In this document: positions 10,401 to 18,572 of the stretch, piece by piece
Layout of the letters: every line of letters begins with the position of its first letter
How positions within the stretch are numbered: position 1 is the stretch's first letter
IMG/VR virus record: IMGVR_UViG_3300020050_008479
Origin: a virus
Taxonomy: Duplodnaviria; Heunggongvirae; Uroviricota; Caudoviricetes; Crassvirales
DNA length: 32,218 nt
Strand: one strand, 5' to 3'
Notes under the pieces: generated by a model
What the model was told of the DNA's origin: nothing
The model's database searches: none
The model's input: the letters and a program-made list of their open reading frames with translations, nothing else
Position numbers and translations under genes: made by a program

Positions 10401-12621
10401 TCTTTTCTTTTGAAGTTTTTGTGTCTTCATCAATATTAGCTTTAGCCTGCATTGCCTGTTCTACTGATTTAAGACTCTTAACTCTATTTCTCATTTGAAC
10501 CATTCTTAATTCTGCCTGATGAGATTTAGATTGAAGCTTAATGTTTTCTTTTTGCATCAAGTTTATAGCGTCAGTAAGTAGAGTATGCTCTGTAGCTTTT
10601 ACTATAAGATCCTCAGAAGATTGCTCATATCCAGCGCCAATTAACTTGTCGCTATCTTTCTCATCTTTTGTTCTTGGATCGTTTGAATTAAGTTCAACCA
10701 TTTTAAGATTTAACTTATCAATTATCTTTTTATTCTTGTCTATTAAGGCCTGTCTGTTTTCTATCTGATACTTTGATTCAGTATTTTTCATTGCAGCTTC
10801 GTGAATCTCATTTGCTTTTTTAAGAGCAACTAAATTTCCTTTTGTTGAGAATTTATCCTGATAATGACTAGTTAATTTGTCTGCATTAGGAACTGAATCT
10901 TTTATGTTTTGAATCTCCTTAGTAACTTCTTTTGTTCTATTATCAAATGATTTTATATAATGGTCATTTGAAGCCATTTTAGCAGCAATATTACTATCGT
11001 ACTTATTGGAATGCTTAAGATAACTTTCTCTTATGCTATGAGCTTGTGATATCAAGCTAGGAACGTATTTCTTAAACAATTCAGGATCTAATTCAATACC
11101 TAAATCTTTTTCAAATCCAGCTTGCTCAGCTTGAGACATTTTTGACATTCCTTGTAAGGATTCAATATACTCAGCAAATTTTCCGTTATCGATAGCATCT
11201 ACTGCCATGTGTACTCCAGAACCGTCAATTGCAGCTTGTCTTTTAACCGGATCTCCAGATTGGTCAGCCTTTGCAATTTCATTCTGCATTAATTGAAATG
11301 AAGCTCCACGTCTAGCGATGTAGTCACCCTGTATCGTAGCGTAGTTTGCTTCTGCATTTTTTCTTTCTGTAGATTTAAACAATTCAGATGTTCCTTTACC
11401 GGCCGCTTGGAAAATATTTCCACCTAATCCTCCCCAGAAGGCAGAAGTAAGCATTTCCTTGTCGCCAATTTTAGAACTTGTTTTTTGATCGTATTCTTTT
11501 TCAGTAATTAATCCTGCTTTTAAATCAGAAAGTAATTTACCTCTCTCAGCTACATAATATTGGTAAGATTCTTCCGCACCCTCTGATGCGAATGTTGCAC
11601 CTCCGGCCATTAATGCTCCTTTTATTCCTGGCTTAACTCCACTTGCAGTTATTTCAGCAATCTTAGATTCCATTTTCATAGACACCGGATTGAATACTTT
11701 TCCTAATGCCAAGTATTGAGGTATGTCTTGAAGCAACATCGCCCAGTCAGATCTGTAAGTAGACGAAGCTCCTTCTGATGCCAATTGAGTTGCTTCTTCT
11801 TCTGTGAAGTACTCTTTAGTTTTTGGATTAATTCTAGACTGAAGTGATGCTTTTTGTTCGTTAAATACTCCTGAAGCTTCCATAGAGTTCTCTATGTGTC
11901 TTGAAACTATAGCTTGAGTAATTCCTTCTGCCATCCATGTTTCGTACTTACCCATTCTTGAAGCTATATCTAAAGATTTGCTGATTATACCGGCTCCTTT
12001 AGAAGCAGTTTTACCAAGCATTCCTAATACTTTAGTTGCGGCTCCGGAAGGAATAAGCATAGACAATGATGAAGCAACAGAAACTCCGTTACTAAACCAC
12101 CATCCGGAATCTCCCATTCCAGAATCTTTTACTTGATGAATAGCCATATTCTCTTGAGCAAATTCACGAGTGTCTTTACCAAGTTCAGTCATCCAGTTTC
12201 CCCAGTTTTGCTCTGTTCCTCCAAGATAATCTATGGCGCTTCCTATCTCTCCAATATAACCAAGTCCTTCTATAGTACCACCAATAACCTCTCCAACAAC
12301 AGCTTGCCCAACCATGTTTCTTGCTTGCTCAAACCATCCTTGTTGATTGGCTCTATCTTCATTAAGAGCCTCAACTCCTCCTGGGCCAAGAACTATATTG
12401 CCTCTGTTGTAATCAGTTTTGTAATCTTCAACATCAATACCTACGTGATAATTAACGTCTCTTTTACCTAAGCTTTTTCTATCAATTCCACCAGGAGCAA
12501 CGTCGTACTCCTGTGGTTTTAATTTTGGTGCTTTTACTGGCGGATCTATTTTTGGTCCTTTATCAATTGTCTTAACTGATTCTTCGGAACTAACTATGTT
12601 GAAATCTTTTTCTTCTGCCAT
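7426..12621 (-). CDS. Giant virion cargo/ejection protein (RNAP-cluster protein)
   Basis: 1731 aa, immediately upstream of the RNAP gene. Gly/Ala-rich hydrophobic and amphipathic segments at about aa 100-410, then a coiled-coil-like region and an acidic C-tail ending in GCGF. No catalytic motif recognised. Confidence 0.75.
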   Translation of the reverse strand: MAEEKDFNIVSSEESVKTIDKGPKIDPPVKAPKLKPQEYDVAPGGIDRKSLGKRDVNYHVGIDVEDYKTDYNRGNIVLGPGGVEALNEDRANQQGWFEQARNMVGQAVVGEVIGGTIEGLGYIGEIGSAIDYLGGTEQNWGNWMTELGKDTREFAQENMAIHQVKDSGMGDSGWWFSNGVSVASSLSMLIPSGAATKVLGMLGKTASKGAGIISKSLDIASRMGKYETWMAEGITQAIVSRHIENSMEASGVFNEQKASLQSRINPKTKEYFTEEEATQLASEGASSTYRSDWAMLLQDIPQYLALGKVFNPVSMKMESKIAEITASGVKPGIKGALMAGGATFASEGAEESYQYYVAERGKLLSDLKAGLITEKEYDQKTSSKIGDKEMLTSAFWGGLGGNIFQAAGKGTSELFKSTERKNAEANYATIQGDYIARRGASFQLMQNEIAKADQSGDPVKRQAAIDGSGVHMAVDAIDNGKFAEYIESLQGMSKMSQAEQAGFEKDLGIELDPELFKKYVPSLISQAHSIRESYLKHSNKYDSNIAAKMASNDHYIKSFDNRTKEVTKEIQNIKDSVPNADKLTSHYQDKFSTKGNLVALKKANEIHEAAMKNTESKYQIENRQALIDKNKKIIDKLNLKMVELNSNDPRTKDEKDSDKLIGAGYEQSSEDLIVKATEHTLLTDAINLMQKENIKLQSKSHQAELRMVQMRNRVKSLKSVEQAMQAKANIDEDTKTSKEKKAELHALVDKRIDEIAIEEKNSAAKAKQDEHKTTLTKEGQASAINNPTAVPDANIIPVGKNLEDELAGEEVDIHGAMVKQSDIAKKKMSEASENTSIYGATGNKNYNDWMLNGKNKIGTPVTIQPGTVVYAGAKQPQLVKQAIDDFNNGIINANVYNHLPLKVIIDKQDGDTEFDERSAFLSARLEGQNSGYEAAWARQDFPIRKAFIDQMNSNPSKTTTSKVTVQYGGKVNASPAIDGVIPENNIGDLQHLGPIMDELFDLKGAQASPDQVTQAIEESLMYTNEFGELMNMDGERHKEFVGRQLTLPLLTGTTGAKTPMRGTIFLSVPKADGTKFPLKLNVKKHSQNEAEIIAGLLTSVITKENKFETPLSQMKEETRLKILETMKEELGAMEKADPSLMDIVDFFTYVSPQTEGKASELFISGEWVKFGNADLKVTPKSLFNHEKLVEFLMNTKRRQFNVGLWQSSPAYRDYAISSGLINTDAVTNGPLFGGKTDIYIKAPDTVKPVPVSNPAQLLQHTPPVPGGKPKSERRKMSEKAGTYSDKSTNGKFAATYYDSSNTAVEILRDTAELAKQAVNDKYNAEKVSGPATKVVVQTQKVKKIDSSPTVESIEKRRQEDLAKLEYKFGKFEFNTSEAEGGVINGQDDKFVVNIALKANTNTGYLNSKALSGRFDTREEARAFVEETVIPKIAEKVNAKYDAELKALNSEQNDMSNLPDQDTNEIKVVIKKDSKSNFNLVIKDGGIVVNEKTGKELDPKKDFKLINKALLKSGLLKYEKITIGNQVYAATALNTIINITPGSASNGNEILSTSSVGAKVMAKYTGKFTGKTEEVGSEEIITTTGEDLVREMLYNGKMITDFTVSEQALIDSVPLEMRISIKEQADAYSAELQASKNPEEESPKISDPKMLLMGMNSVDLSNELAIEQEQADLSALDEINNSTSTLDIQLETEKVPDFNQVSNDDVNLAQYNEEDSLSDFYNDFQDEAGCGF

Positions 12622-12632
12622 GTTTTTATTTA

Positions 12633-14864
12633 TTATCGTTGATAAGCATCTAATATGTCTATAACTGCATCGACTCCTCCTGCTGGAAGACCTTTGCTTT
12701 TAACCACATCTTTTCCGCCACTTTTATTATATCTGTCTTTATCTATCTTGTAAACTACAAAAGATTCTGATCCTTCATCTTCTTTTCTTATTTTCTCAAC
12801 ATAAAGTAATTGACCGTCTTTAGTTTCTTGATTTGGAATAACTCCATGAGAAAATGATTGTTGATGAATTCCCATTCCTCCTACATCTCCTGCGTAATAT
12901 GAATTCTTAATCATTCTATATCCATCGTTTTTGTATGCTCCTGAATTAACTAAAGATTGTCCAACTTGTCTTTGAAGGATTTTACCTTGCTCTCCTCTTG
13001 TTATGGCTCTTGCAGCAAGGAACGTTCCGTCTTTATCTTTAGCAACTAAAGTTTCAATTGGATTTCCAGCTAAATCATAACCATTTGTTGGCATTACGTA
13101 ATACTTAGTTCCTTTTGGTTGAGCATCTCTAAATTCATCTAACGATGCGCCTGAATTAGCTTCTTTCCATCCTTGACCTCCACGAGCGTTGAATGAATCA
13201 GTAAGTGCTTTTTGAGCGGCTCCAGTAACACTAGAATACTTACCTGTTGATGATCCATCAAATGTTTGGTAACTTGCTGCTGCAGGGTTGTCTTTAAGAT
13301 AATTCTTAGCTTTCTTTTCATAAGAATCAGTTTTAGCAAGATACTCTCCGTAAGCTTGATTAACACTTCCATTTTTAGGAAACAATAAGCCTTTATTAAG
13401 CATTATTAATTTTTTAACTTCAAATTTATATGCGCTTTCATTTGGTATAATCATCATTGAAAGTTTTGTTCTTTGAGAATCAGTAAGTCCTAGTTTTTTC
13501 TCTTGAGCTTTTCTGTAATCTCTTTGAACTAATTCTCCTCCAAAAAGACCTCTAATTTTCTCTCCAAAAGAAGGAGCATTTTTAAGCATGTTGTCTATTC
13601 TAGTATCAATACTAGCACCCTCTGCTACTCTTCTTCTATCGATATTATTCATGCCGGCATTAGCTCTTTCGTAAATTGCATTAAGATTAGAAGATAAGTT
13701 TTGATATTTAATACCAGCTTGTTGATTGGCATTATTTAATCTATTCCATTCATCATCAGTTCTTGGATCAATTCCTTTTCCTTTAAGAGCTTCAGCTTTC
13801 TTTCTCAATTGATAAGAAGTAGAATCTATCTCTCCTTTAGCTATACCAAGATTAGATTTTAAATCTTCATATTTAACAGGAGGAATATCTAGTAATCCTG
13901 AATCTGCAGCAATAACCATGTCATTTGCAGCCTTCTCGTCTAAGCCTCTATTCATCATTGCTATTCCTACGTGATCTGTAACCATTGTATACTTAGCGTC
14001 TTCTTTTCTGTAAGCGGCACCTGTAGCAGCTCCAAGTAATTGGGCTCCAAAGTAAGATTTAGGAACAAATACTTCCTTACTAACTCCGTCTTTCTTTACA
14101 ATTTGGTATTCACCAATATTTGTTGGATCTTTTTCTCCAGAAAAGGCAGAAGATTGTTTTAACGAGGCTTGTAATTTATGGTCATATTGAGCTTGAAGCG
14201 CCAATGCCTTGATTATTTTGGAAGCATCTTTATGCTCTACCGTTCCACTCTTCCATGCAGTTTCGAATTGAGCAACAGTCCCATACTTTTGAAGCATGAT
14301 TGGATCTGTATCTGCGGCGACCTTGGCGATATTGTCGTTAATCCATTTATTAGTATCAACATAATCTTCAAGTTCTTTTCCTGAGAAAGAATTGAATTTT
14401 CCTGCTCCTGCATCAGTTCCTTTGAATGATGCTACTTGAGCTTGAGCCCATTTCTTTGCTTCAGAAGGAGACCATCCGGCCTGTCTTTCTTTCTTTTCAG
14501 TAAGATCTTTAACAAATGCTGAAGCTGAGGAGTAATTCGCTTGCGCGTTACCAATCAATCCTTGTTGTCCGAATTCTTTTTCTTTAGACCTCTTAAGTTC
14601 ATTAAGTTTAGCCATAGTGTTTCTATCAACTCCTCTATCTAATAAAGTAGCTGTTATTTTATTTGCTTCACCTCTCAAGCTTTCTAGCTTTCCTGTGACA
14701 GCCTCTCTGTCTTGTTCTAGACTAGATGCTTGTAATGCAGCATATTCATTAGCAGCACTTTGCGCTTCGTCATGTTGCTTTTGCTTAGCCATTGGAATCA
14801 TCATTATTGTCTGTAAATCCAGAGGTTTAAATGATCCAGTGCTTAGTGATGTGTATCTATTCAT
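12633..14864 (-). CDS. Virion cargo protein (crAss-like)
   Basis: 743 aa, Cys-free, helical-looking N-terminus (SFKPLDLQTIMMIPMAKQKQHDEA) resembling crAss cargo proteins; lies within the cargo cluster. Confidence 0.65.
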   Translation of the reverse strand: MNRYTSLSTGSFKPLDLQTIMMIPMAKQKQHDEAQSAANEYAALQASSLEQDREAVTGKLESLRGEANKITATLLDRGVDRNTMAKLNELKRSKEKEFGQQGLIGNAQANYSSASAFVKDLTEKKERQAGWSPSEAKKWAQAQVASFKGTDAGAGKFNSFSGKELEDYVDTNKWINDNIAKVAADTDPIMLQKYGTVAQFETAWKSGTVEHKDASKIIKALALQAQYDHKLQASLKQSSAFSGEKDPTNIGEYQIVKKDGVSKEVFVPKSYFGAQLLGAATGAAYRKEDAKYTMVTDHVGIAMMNRGLDEKAANDMVIAADSGLLDIPPVKYEDLKSNLGIAKGEIDSTSYQLRKKAEALKGKGIDPRTDDEWNRLNNANQQAGIKYQNLSSNLNAIYERANAGMNNIDRRRVAEGASIDTRIDNMLKNAPSFGEKIRGLFGGELVQRDYRKAQEKKLGLTDSQRTKLSMMIIPNESAYKFEVKKLIMLNKGLLFPKNGSVNQAYGEYLAKTDSYEKKAKNYLKDNPAAASYQTFDGSSTGKYSSVTGAAQKALTDSFNARGGQGWKEANSGASLDEFRDAQPKGTKYYVMPTNGYDLAGNPIETLVAKDKDGTFLAARAITRGEQGKILQRQVGQSLVNSGAYKNDGYRMIKNSYYAGDVGGMGIHQQSFSHGVIPNQETKDGQLLYVEKIRKEDEGSESFVVYKIDKDRYNKSGGKDVVKSKGLPAGGVDAVIDILDAYQR

Positions 14865-14899
14865 TATCTATGTTTTAGAAGATTTTATTGTCTTGACTA

Positions 14900-14907
14900 C
14901 AAAAGTA
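14900..14907 (-). promoter_or_regulatory. Candidate Bacteroidota -7 promoter element for the 743-aa gene
   Basis: Minus strand TACTTTTG matches TAnnTTTG, about 35 nt upstream of the ATG. No -33 TTG found at canonical spacing. Confidence 0.45.
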
Positions 14908-14960
14908 ATTATAAAATTAGTATTATACGTGTTTTTCTATATCACTTTGTTATTATTATA

Positions 14961-15002
14961 CAAAATAACCAACGAGTTAAGCTAAGCTAGTCTCGTTGGT
15001 TA
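14961..15002 (-). terminator. Probable intrinsic terminator after the 1015-aa gene
   Basis: 11-bp inverted repeat TAACCAACGAG / CTCGTTGGTTA (14966-14976 and 14992-15002) followed on the minus strand by TTTTG, starting 20 nt after the stop. Confidence 0.7.
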
Positions 15003-15022
15003 AGTTTTAATCTTGTTATTTA

Positions 15023-18000
15023 TTATTCTGTAGCCGCGTCTTTTAATTTCTGATCGGCAAGTAATTTCTTGTATTTACCTTTCCAGTCATAATCAGAACC
15101 CATAAGCTCAGGGAATTTCTTGTACAATTCTTCTTGACCAATTCCACCTAAGTCAGCACCTATGGCAGTTTTTAATCTACTTTTCTCTGTATCATAAGCA
15201 CCTTTATTTCTTGCTCTAATATCCTGAGCAAGAGTTTGTTGTTGAAGATTAGTTGTATCAACTCCAAGATTAAATGACTGTTCTTGAGCATTCTCTCTAG
15301 CATTAGCTTCTTGACTTTTCATAAATGCATCGCTTAAAGCTTTTGTTGCGTTTAATTGAGTTCCAAGTAAGTTTGCTCTAGCTGCATTTCCGGAACCTTC
15401 TGAAGAAGACAATATGGCTTCTCTGTTACCGGCAGTTTCTTCTCTAACTAAATTAACCAATCCTTGTTCGTCTACTACATTTTTCTTGTATCTAGTACTT
15501 AATTCAGGAGTAGTTTCTTGTTCTGGTTTTTTTAGATTAGCTAATTGCATTATGTTTCCAATTGCAGGAGCATACCTTAATGCGTCTTTATTGTTTCCTG
15601 CAAATTCAGCAACATCAATTCCAGTAAGTTTAAGTTTTTGCATCGCAGTCATCTTGTCAGCTTGCTTCTTTCCTAAGTTAGGAAGTTTTATTAAACCAAG
15701 TTTACTTTCCTTTACATAATTATCTTCATTAAGCAAACTAGACTCAAGTGTGTCTTTACCTGTGTAAATCTTATCTAACTTCTTTAATTCTGCAGGCGTA
15801 ATAGTTCCTACTGATTCAATAGTCTCTCTTGATTTTGGCTTAGCCTTTCCTTTTTCTTTTCCTCCTCCGTCAAATCTATTCATTTCTTCACCTCCTAACG
15901 CAAATTTATTTTTATCTAGATATTGATTGTATGCTTTTTCATTGGCAAGATCTTTAGCGTCTTGCTCCATTAAATTAGCGTAGTTTTTGTCTCCAGGATT
16001 ATATTGTTTTCTATACTTCTGAGTATTACCAACAGCTTTCATGTCATCTGCTAAGAAGTCCAAGCTATTCTTTTTACCTACTGTCGGTCCAGAACGAAGC
16101 TTCTTATTATAGTCTTCTACAGCTTTAGGATTTTTTCTAATATACTCGTCAAGTAATTTCTTATCAGATATCTGGTAATACTGTCCATGAAAGTCTTTAG
16201 TAGCTTTAACTCCAGGAGCCTTTAAATCAGCAAAATGTCTTAACGGCTCTGATCCTACATACTTGTCATTACCTTTATAGTTGTTTGACATAGAAAGTAA
16301 ATCTATTGTAGAACCCATTTTTTTAATCTCTTTACCGTAGTTCATGCCCTTTCCGTATTGACCTCCATAATTAGATTCTCTATTTATTGTGGCTCCAAGA
16401 TCACCTCTTTTAAGCCCCGCTCTTTTCTCAGCAGCTTCAACTGCATCAATCAATGCAGTGTCTACTTCAGCAAGCTTGTTTCTACCACCATTTAATTTTA
16501 TATACTTTCCGCTTGGCACAACTTGATTATTTCTTGAGATAGTGTCCATTTTAGCACTCTTAAAATCTCTGTACTCTTTATCAAGAGAGTCAAAATTAAC
16601 TGCCGGTTTGTATTTAGGTTTATTAGAATTTTTTCCAACTGCCATTAACGTTTCTGCTACAGATTTGGGTCTAGGCCCAAATGGATTTTCATTACCTCCT
16701 TCAGCAAACTGACTGTCATTTACAGCGGCGTCTGCATAAGTAGCATTTCTATTAGCAATGTTTGCATCTTTCTGTTGCTTCTTTGCTCCAAAGAATCCTG
16801 CGGCTCCACCAATAACTGCTCCAGCGGCTGCTCCCCATGGCCCTAATACCATTCCGGCAGAAGCTCCTTTTGCGGCACCAGCTAATGCGGCATTACCAGC
16901 TTTTTTACCTTCAACTTTAACTCTACCCGATGTGTCTACTCCTGTTGGACCAAAAGCTTCTTGACCAAGTTCTATTGCTGTGGCTCCCATTTGAGCATAA
17001 CCTGCAACTCCCGGGCCAGAACCTCCGGCAGCTTTTCCTGCTCCATCTGAAATTCCGCTTGTGGCTGGACCCATAGAAGGACTAGGATTAGATTGAGGAT
17101 TGTATCCAGACACAGAACTAAGCTGACTTGCCGTTTGAGGATTGATTCCTTCTTCTCTTACCTTTGGATTTATTTGACCAGGATTTGTAGTGAAGTATGG
17201 ATTGTTATTCTGGTAGTATTCACTTGGATCTCCTCCAAATTCAAAATCATTAGTTTCTTCTTTATCTTCTCCATCAGCTCCAACGCTACTAGCTGTTTTG
17301 GCTAATGACATTATTGATGAAGATATTGATTGGTCATTTGCGGGTATTACTGGAGAGAATCTTTGCTTTGCAGTTTCAGGCATGGAATGCAAGTCTTCTT
17401 CATCTCCACCTAAAGCCATTTTACTTTGTCCTTGCATGTAAGCTTTCCATTGAGGAGTTCTTTGAACAGCCGTCATTTCTTCTTGATTAACAAATTCTCT
17501 ATGTCTTAATGGATCAAATCCAGGTTCACCTGCATTCTTACTGTATAAATAGAATCCACTTTTTCCAGTCTCTCCCGAAGTAACTCCCGGTTGATATCTA
17601 ACAATTTGCTTTGTATCAAAGTCCATGTTTTCATTAGTTGGAGAAGTTCCTATTCCGGTAAGACCTACAACTTTACTTGTTATGTTTGCTTTAGTAGCTG
17701 GAATTTCTTCTCCTGGACCACCATAAGCGTATTGATTGCCTCCATAAGCACTTTGTATTTGACTCATCAAATCTTCTTCTGCTCCTTGCTCTTGATTGTA
17801 CTCTTGAGTTATTTCCTCTTCATCTAAAGGCATTCCTTCTGACCCGGCGACTAAATCTCCTCCACTTCTTTCTGGTTCCTCTTGAGCTTCTTGCTGAGCT
17901 TTTACATGCTCTTGCATTTGCTTAAGTCTGTCAAGCATTTCCTTTTCAGTATTTATTGATTCAGGATCAGTTCTTTCTTTGAATTTAGATTGAATCTTCT

Positions 18001-18070
18001 TACTCGCATCTGCGAAACTAAGTCCGTCTATGTACCTAGGTAGATTGAATTGTTCTAGCATTATATTCAT
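15023..18070 (-). CDS. Modular virion cargo protein with glycine-zipper segment and lytic transglycosylase-like domain
   Basis: 1015 aa, Cys-free. N-terminal SFADASKK...ERTDPES block typical of crAss cargo proteins; glycine zipper at aa 392-428; SLT-like ATINRESNYG (E565) and QYNPGDKNY (Y690); repeated xxxGG motifs. Confidence 0.75.
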   Translation of the reverse strand: MNIMLEQFNLPRYIDGLSFADASKKIQSKFKERTDPESINTEKEMLDRLKQMQEHVKAQQEAQEEPERSGGDLVAGSEGMPLDEEEITQEYNQEQGAEEDLMSQIQSAYGGNQYAYGGPGEEIPATKANITSKVVGLTGIGTSPTNENMDFDTKQIVRYQPGVTSGETGKSGFYLYSKNAGEPGFDPLRHREFVNQEEMTAVQRTPQWKAYMQGQSKMALGGDEEDLHSMPETAKQRFSPVIPANDQSISSSIMSLAKTASSVGADGEDKEETNDFEFGGDPSEYYQNNNPYFTTNPGQINPKVREEGINPQTASQLSSVSGYNPQSNPSPSMGPATSGISDGAGKAAGGSGPGVAGYAQMGATAIELGQEAFGPTGVDTSGRVKVEGKKAGNAALAGAAKGASAGMVLGPWGAAAGAVIGGAAGFFGAKKQQKDANIANRNATYADAAVNDSQFAEGGNENPFGPRPKSVAETLMAVGKNSNKPKYKPAVNFDSLDKEYRDFKSAKMDTISRNNQVVPSGKYIKLNGGRNKLAEVDTALIDAVEAAEKRAGLKRGDLGATINRESNYGGQYGKGMNYGKEIKKMGSTIDLLSMSNNYKGNDKYVGSEPLRHFADLKAPGVKATKDFHGQYYQISDKKLLDEYIRKNPKAVEDYNKKLRSGPTVGKKNSLDFLADDMKAVGNTQKYRKQYNPGDKNYANLMEQDAKDLANEKAYNQYLDKNKFALGGEEMNRFDGGGKEKGKAKPKSRETIESVGTITPAELKKLDKIYTGKDTLESSLLNEDNYVKESKLGLIKLPNLGKKQADKMTAMQKLKLTGIDVAEFAGNNKDALRYAPAIGNIMQLANLKKPEQETTPELSTRYKKNVVDEQGLVNLVREETAGNREAILSSSEGSGNAARANLLGTQLNATKALSDAFMKSQEANARENAQEQSFNLGVDTTNLQQQTLAQDIRARNKGAYDTEKSRLKTAIGADLGGIGQEELYKKFPELMGSDYDWKGKYKKLLADQKLKDAATE

Positions 18071-18074
18071 ATCT

Positions 18075-18569
18075 TTATTTTTTTAATTTTTTTTTATTTG
18101 CTGCTTCTTCTTTAAGAATTATTTCTCTAGACGAAGCTAAATCTTTTCCTGTAACTCCTTCAATAATATTGTCGGCCATTGGAGCTTTTCCTATTGCATA
18201 ATGAAAAGCATCTGCAACTTTTCTGTTCCTAGACAATCTTGAAACTACTTGACTTGTTGTAGATGCGCTTACTTTCCAAGGATTTATTGCACCTAATGCG
18301 TTAAGAGCTGCTCCCGTAAAATCTGCTTTCCCTATATCTTCCATTGCGTCTACTCCTGATTTAAATCTTCTAGCAGGATTTATCATTCCTATTATGTCGT
18401 CAAACTTATTAGTGTTATCTGCTTTTTCAAAATTATCAGGAAGGCCCTCGTTTCTTGCTGCATATCCAAATGCAGTAAACGGATGCGTCGCTACACCCAT
18501 TGCTTTTTCTATCCAATCGAGATCTTTCTGTTGCTTTATATCTCCTTGTTTCTTTTTTGGTTGTAACAT
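18075..18569 (-). CDS. Hypothetical protein, likely small cargo protein
   Basis: 164 aa, packed 3-4 nt from both neighbours, A-rich start context (AAAATAAAAT ATG). Amphipathic segments; no enzyme or endonuclease motif seen. Confidence 0.7.
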   Translation of the reverse strand: MLQPKKKQGDIKQQKDLDWIEKAMGVATHPFTAFGYAARNEGLPDNFEKADNTNKFDDIIGMINPARRFKSGVDAMEDIGKADFTGAALNALGAINPWKVSASTTSQVVSRLSRNRKVADAFHYAIGKAPMADNIIEGVTGKDLASSREIILKEEAANKKKLKK

Positions 18570-18572
18570 ATT

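Noticed and set aside
18075-18569. 164-aa ORF as a homing endonuclease or mobile element
   Set aside because: No HNH, GIY-YIG or LAGLIDADG motif, and no flanking direct or inverted repeats seen.
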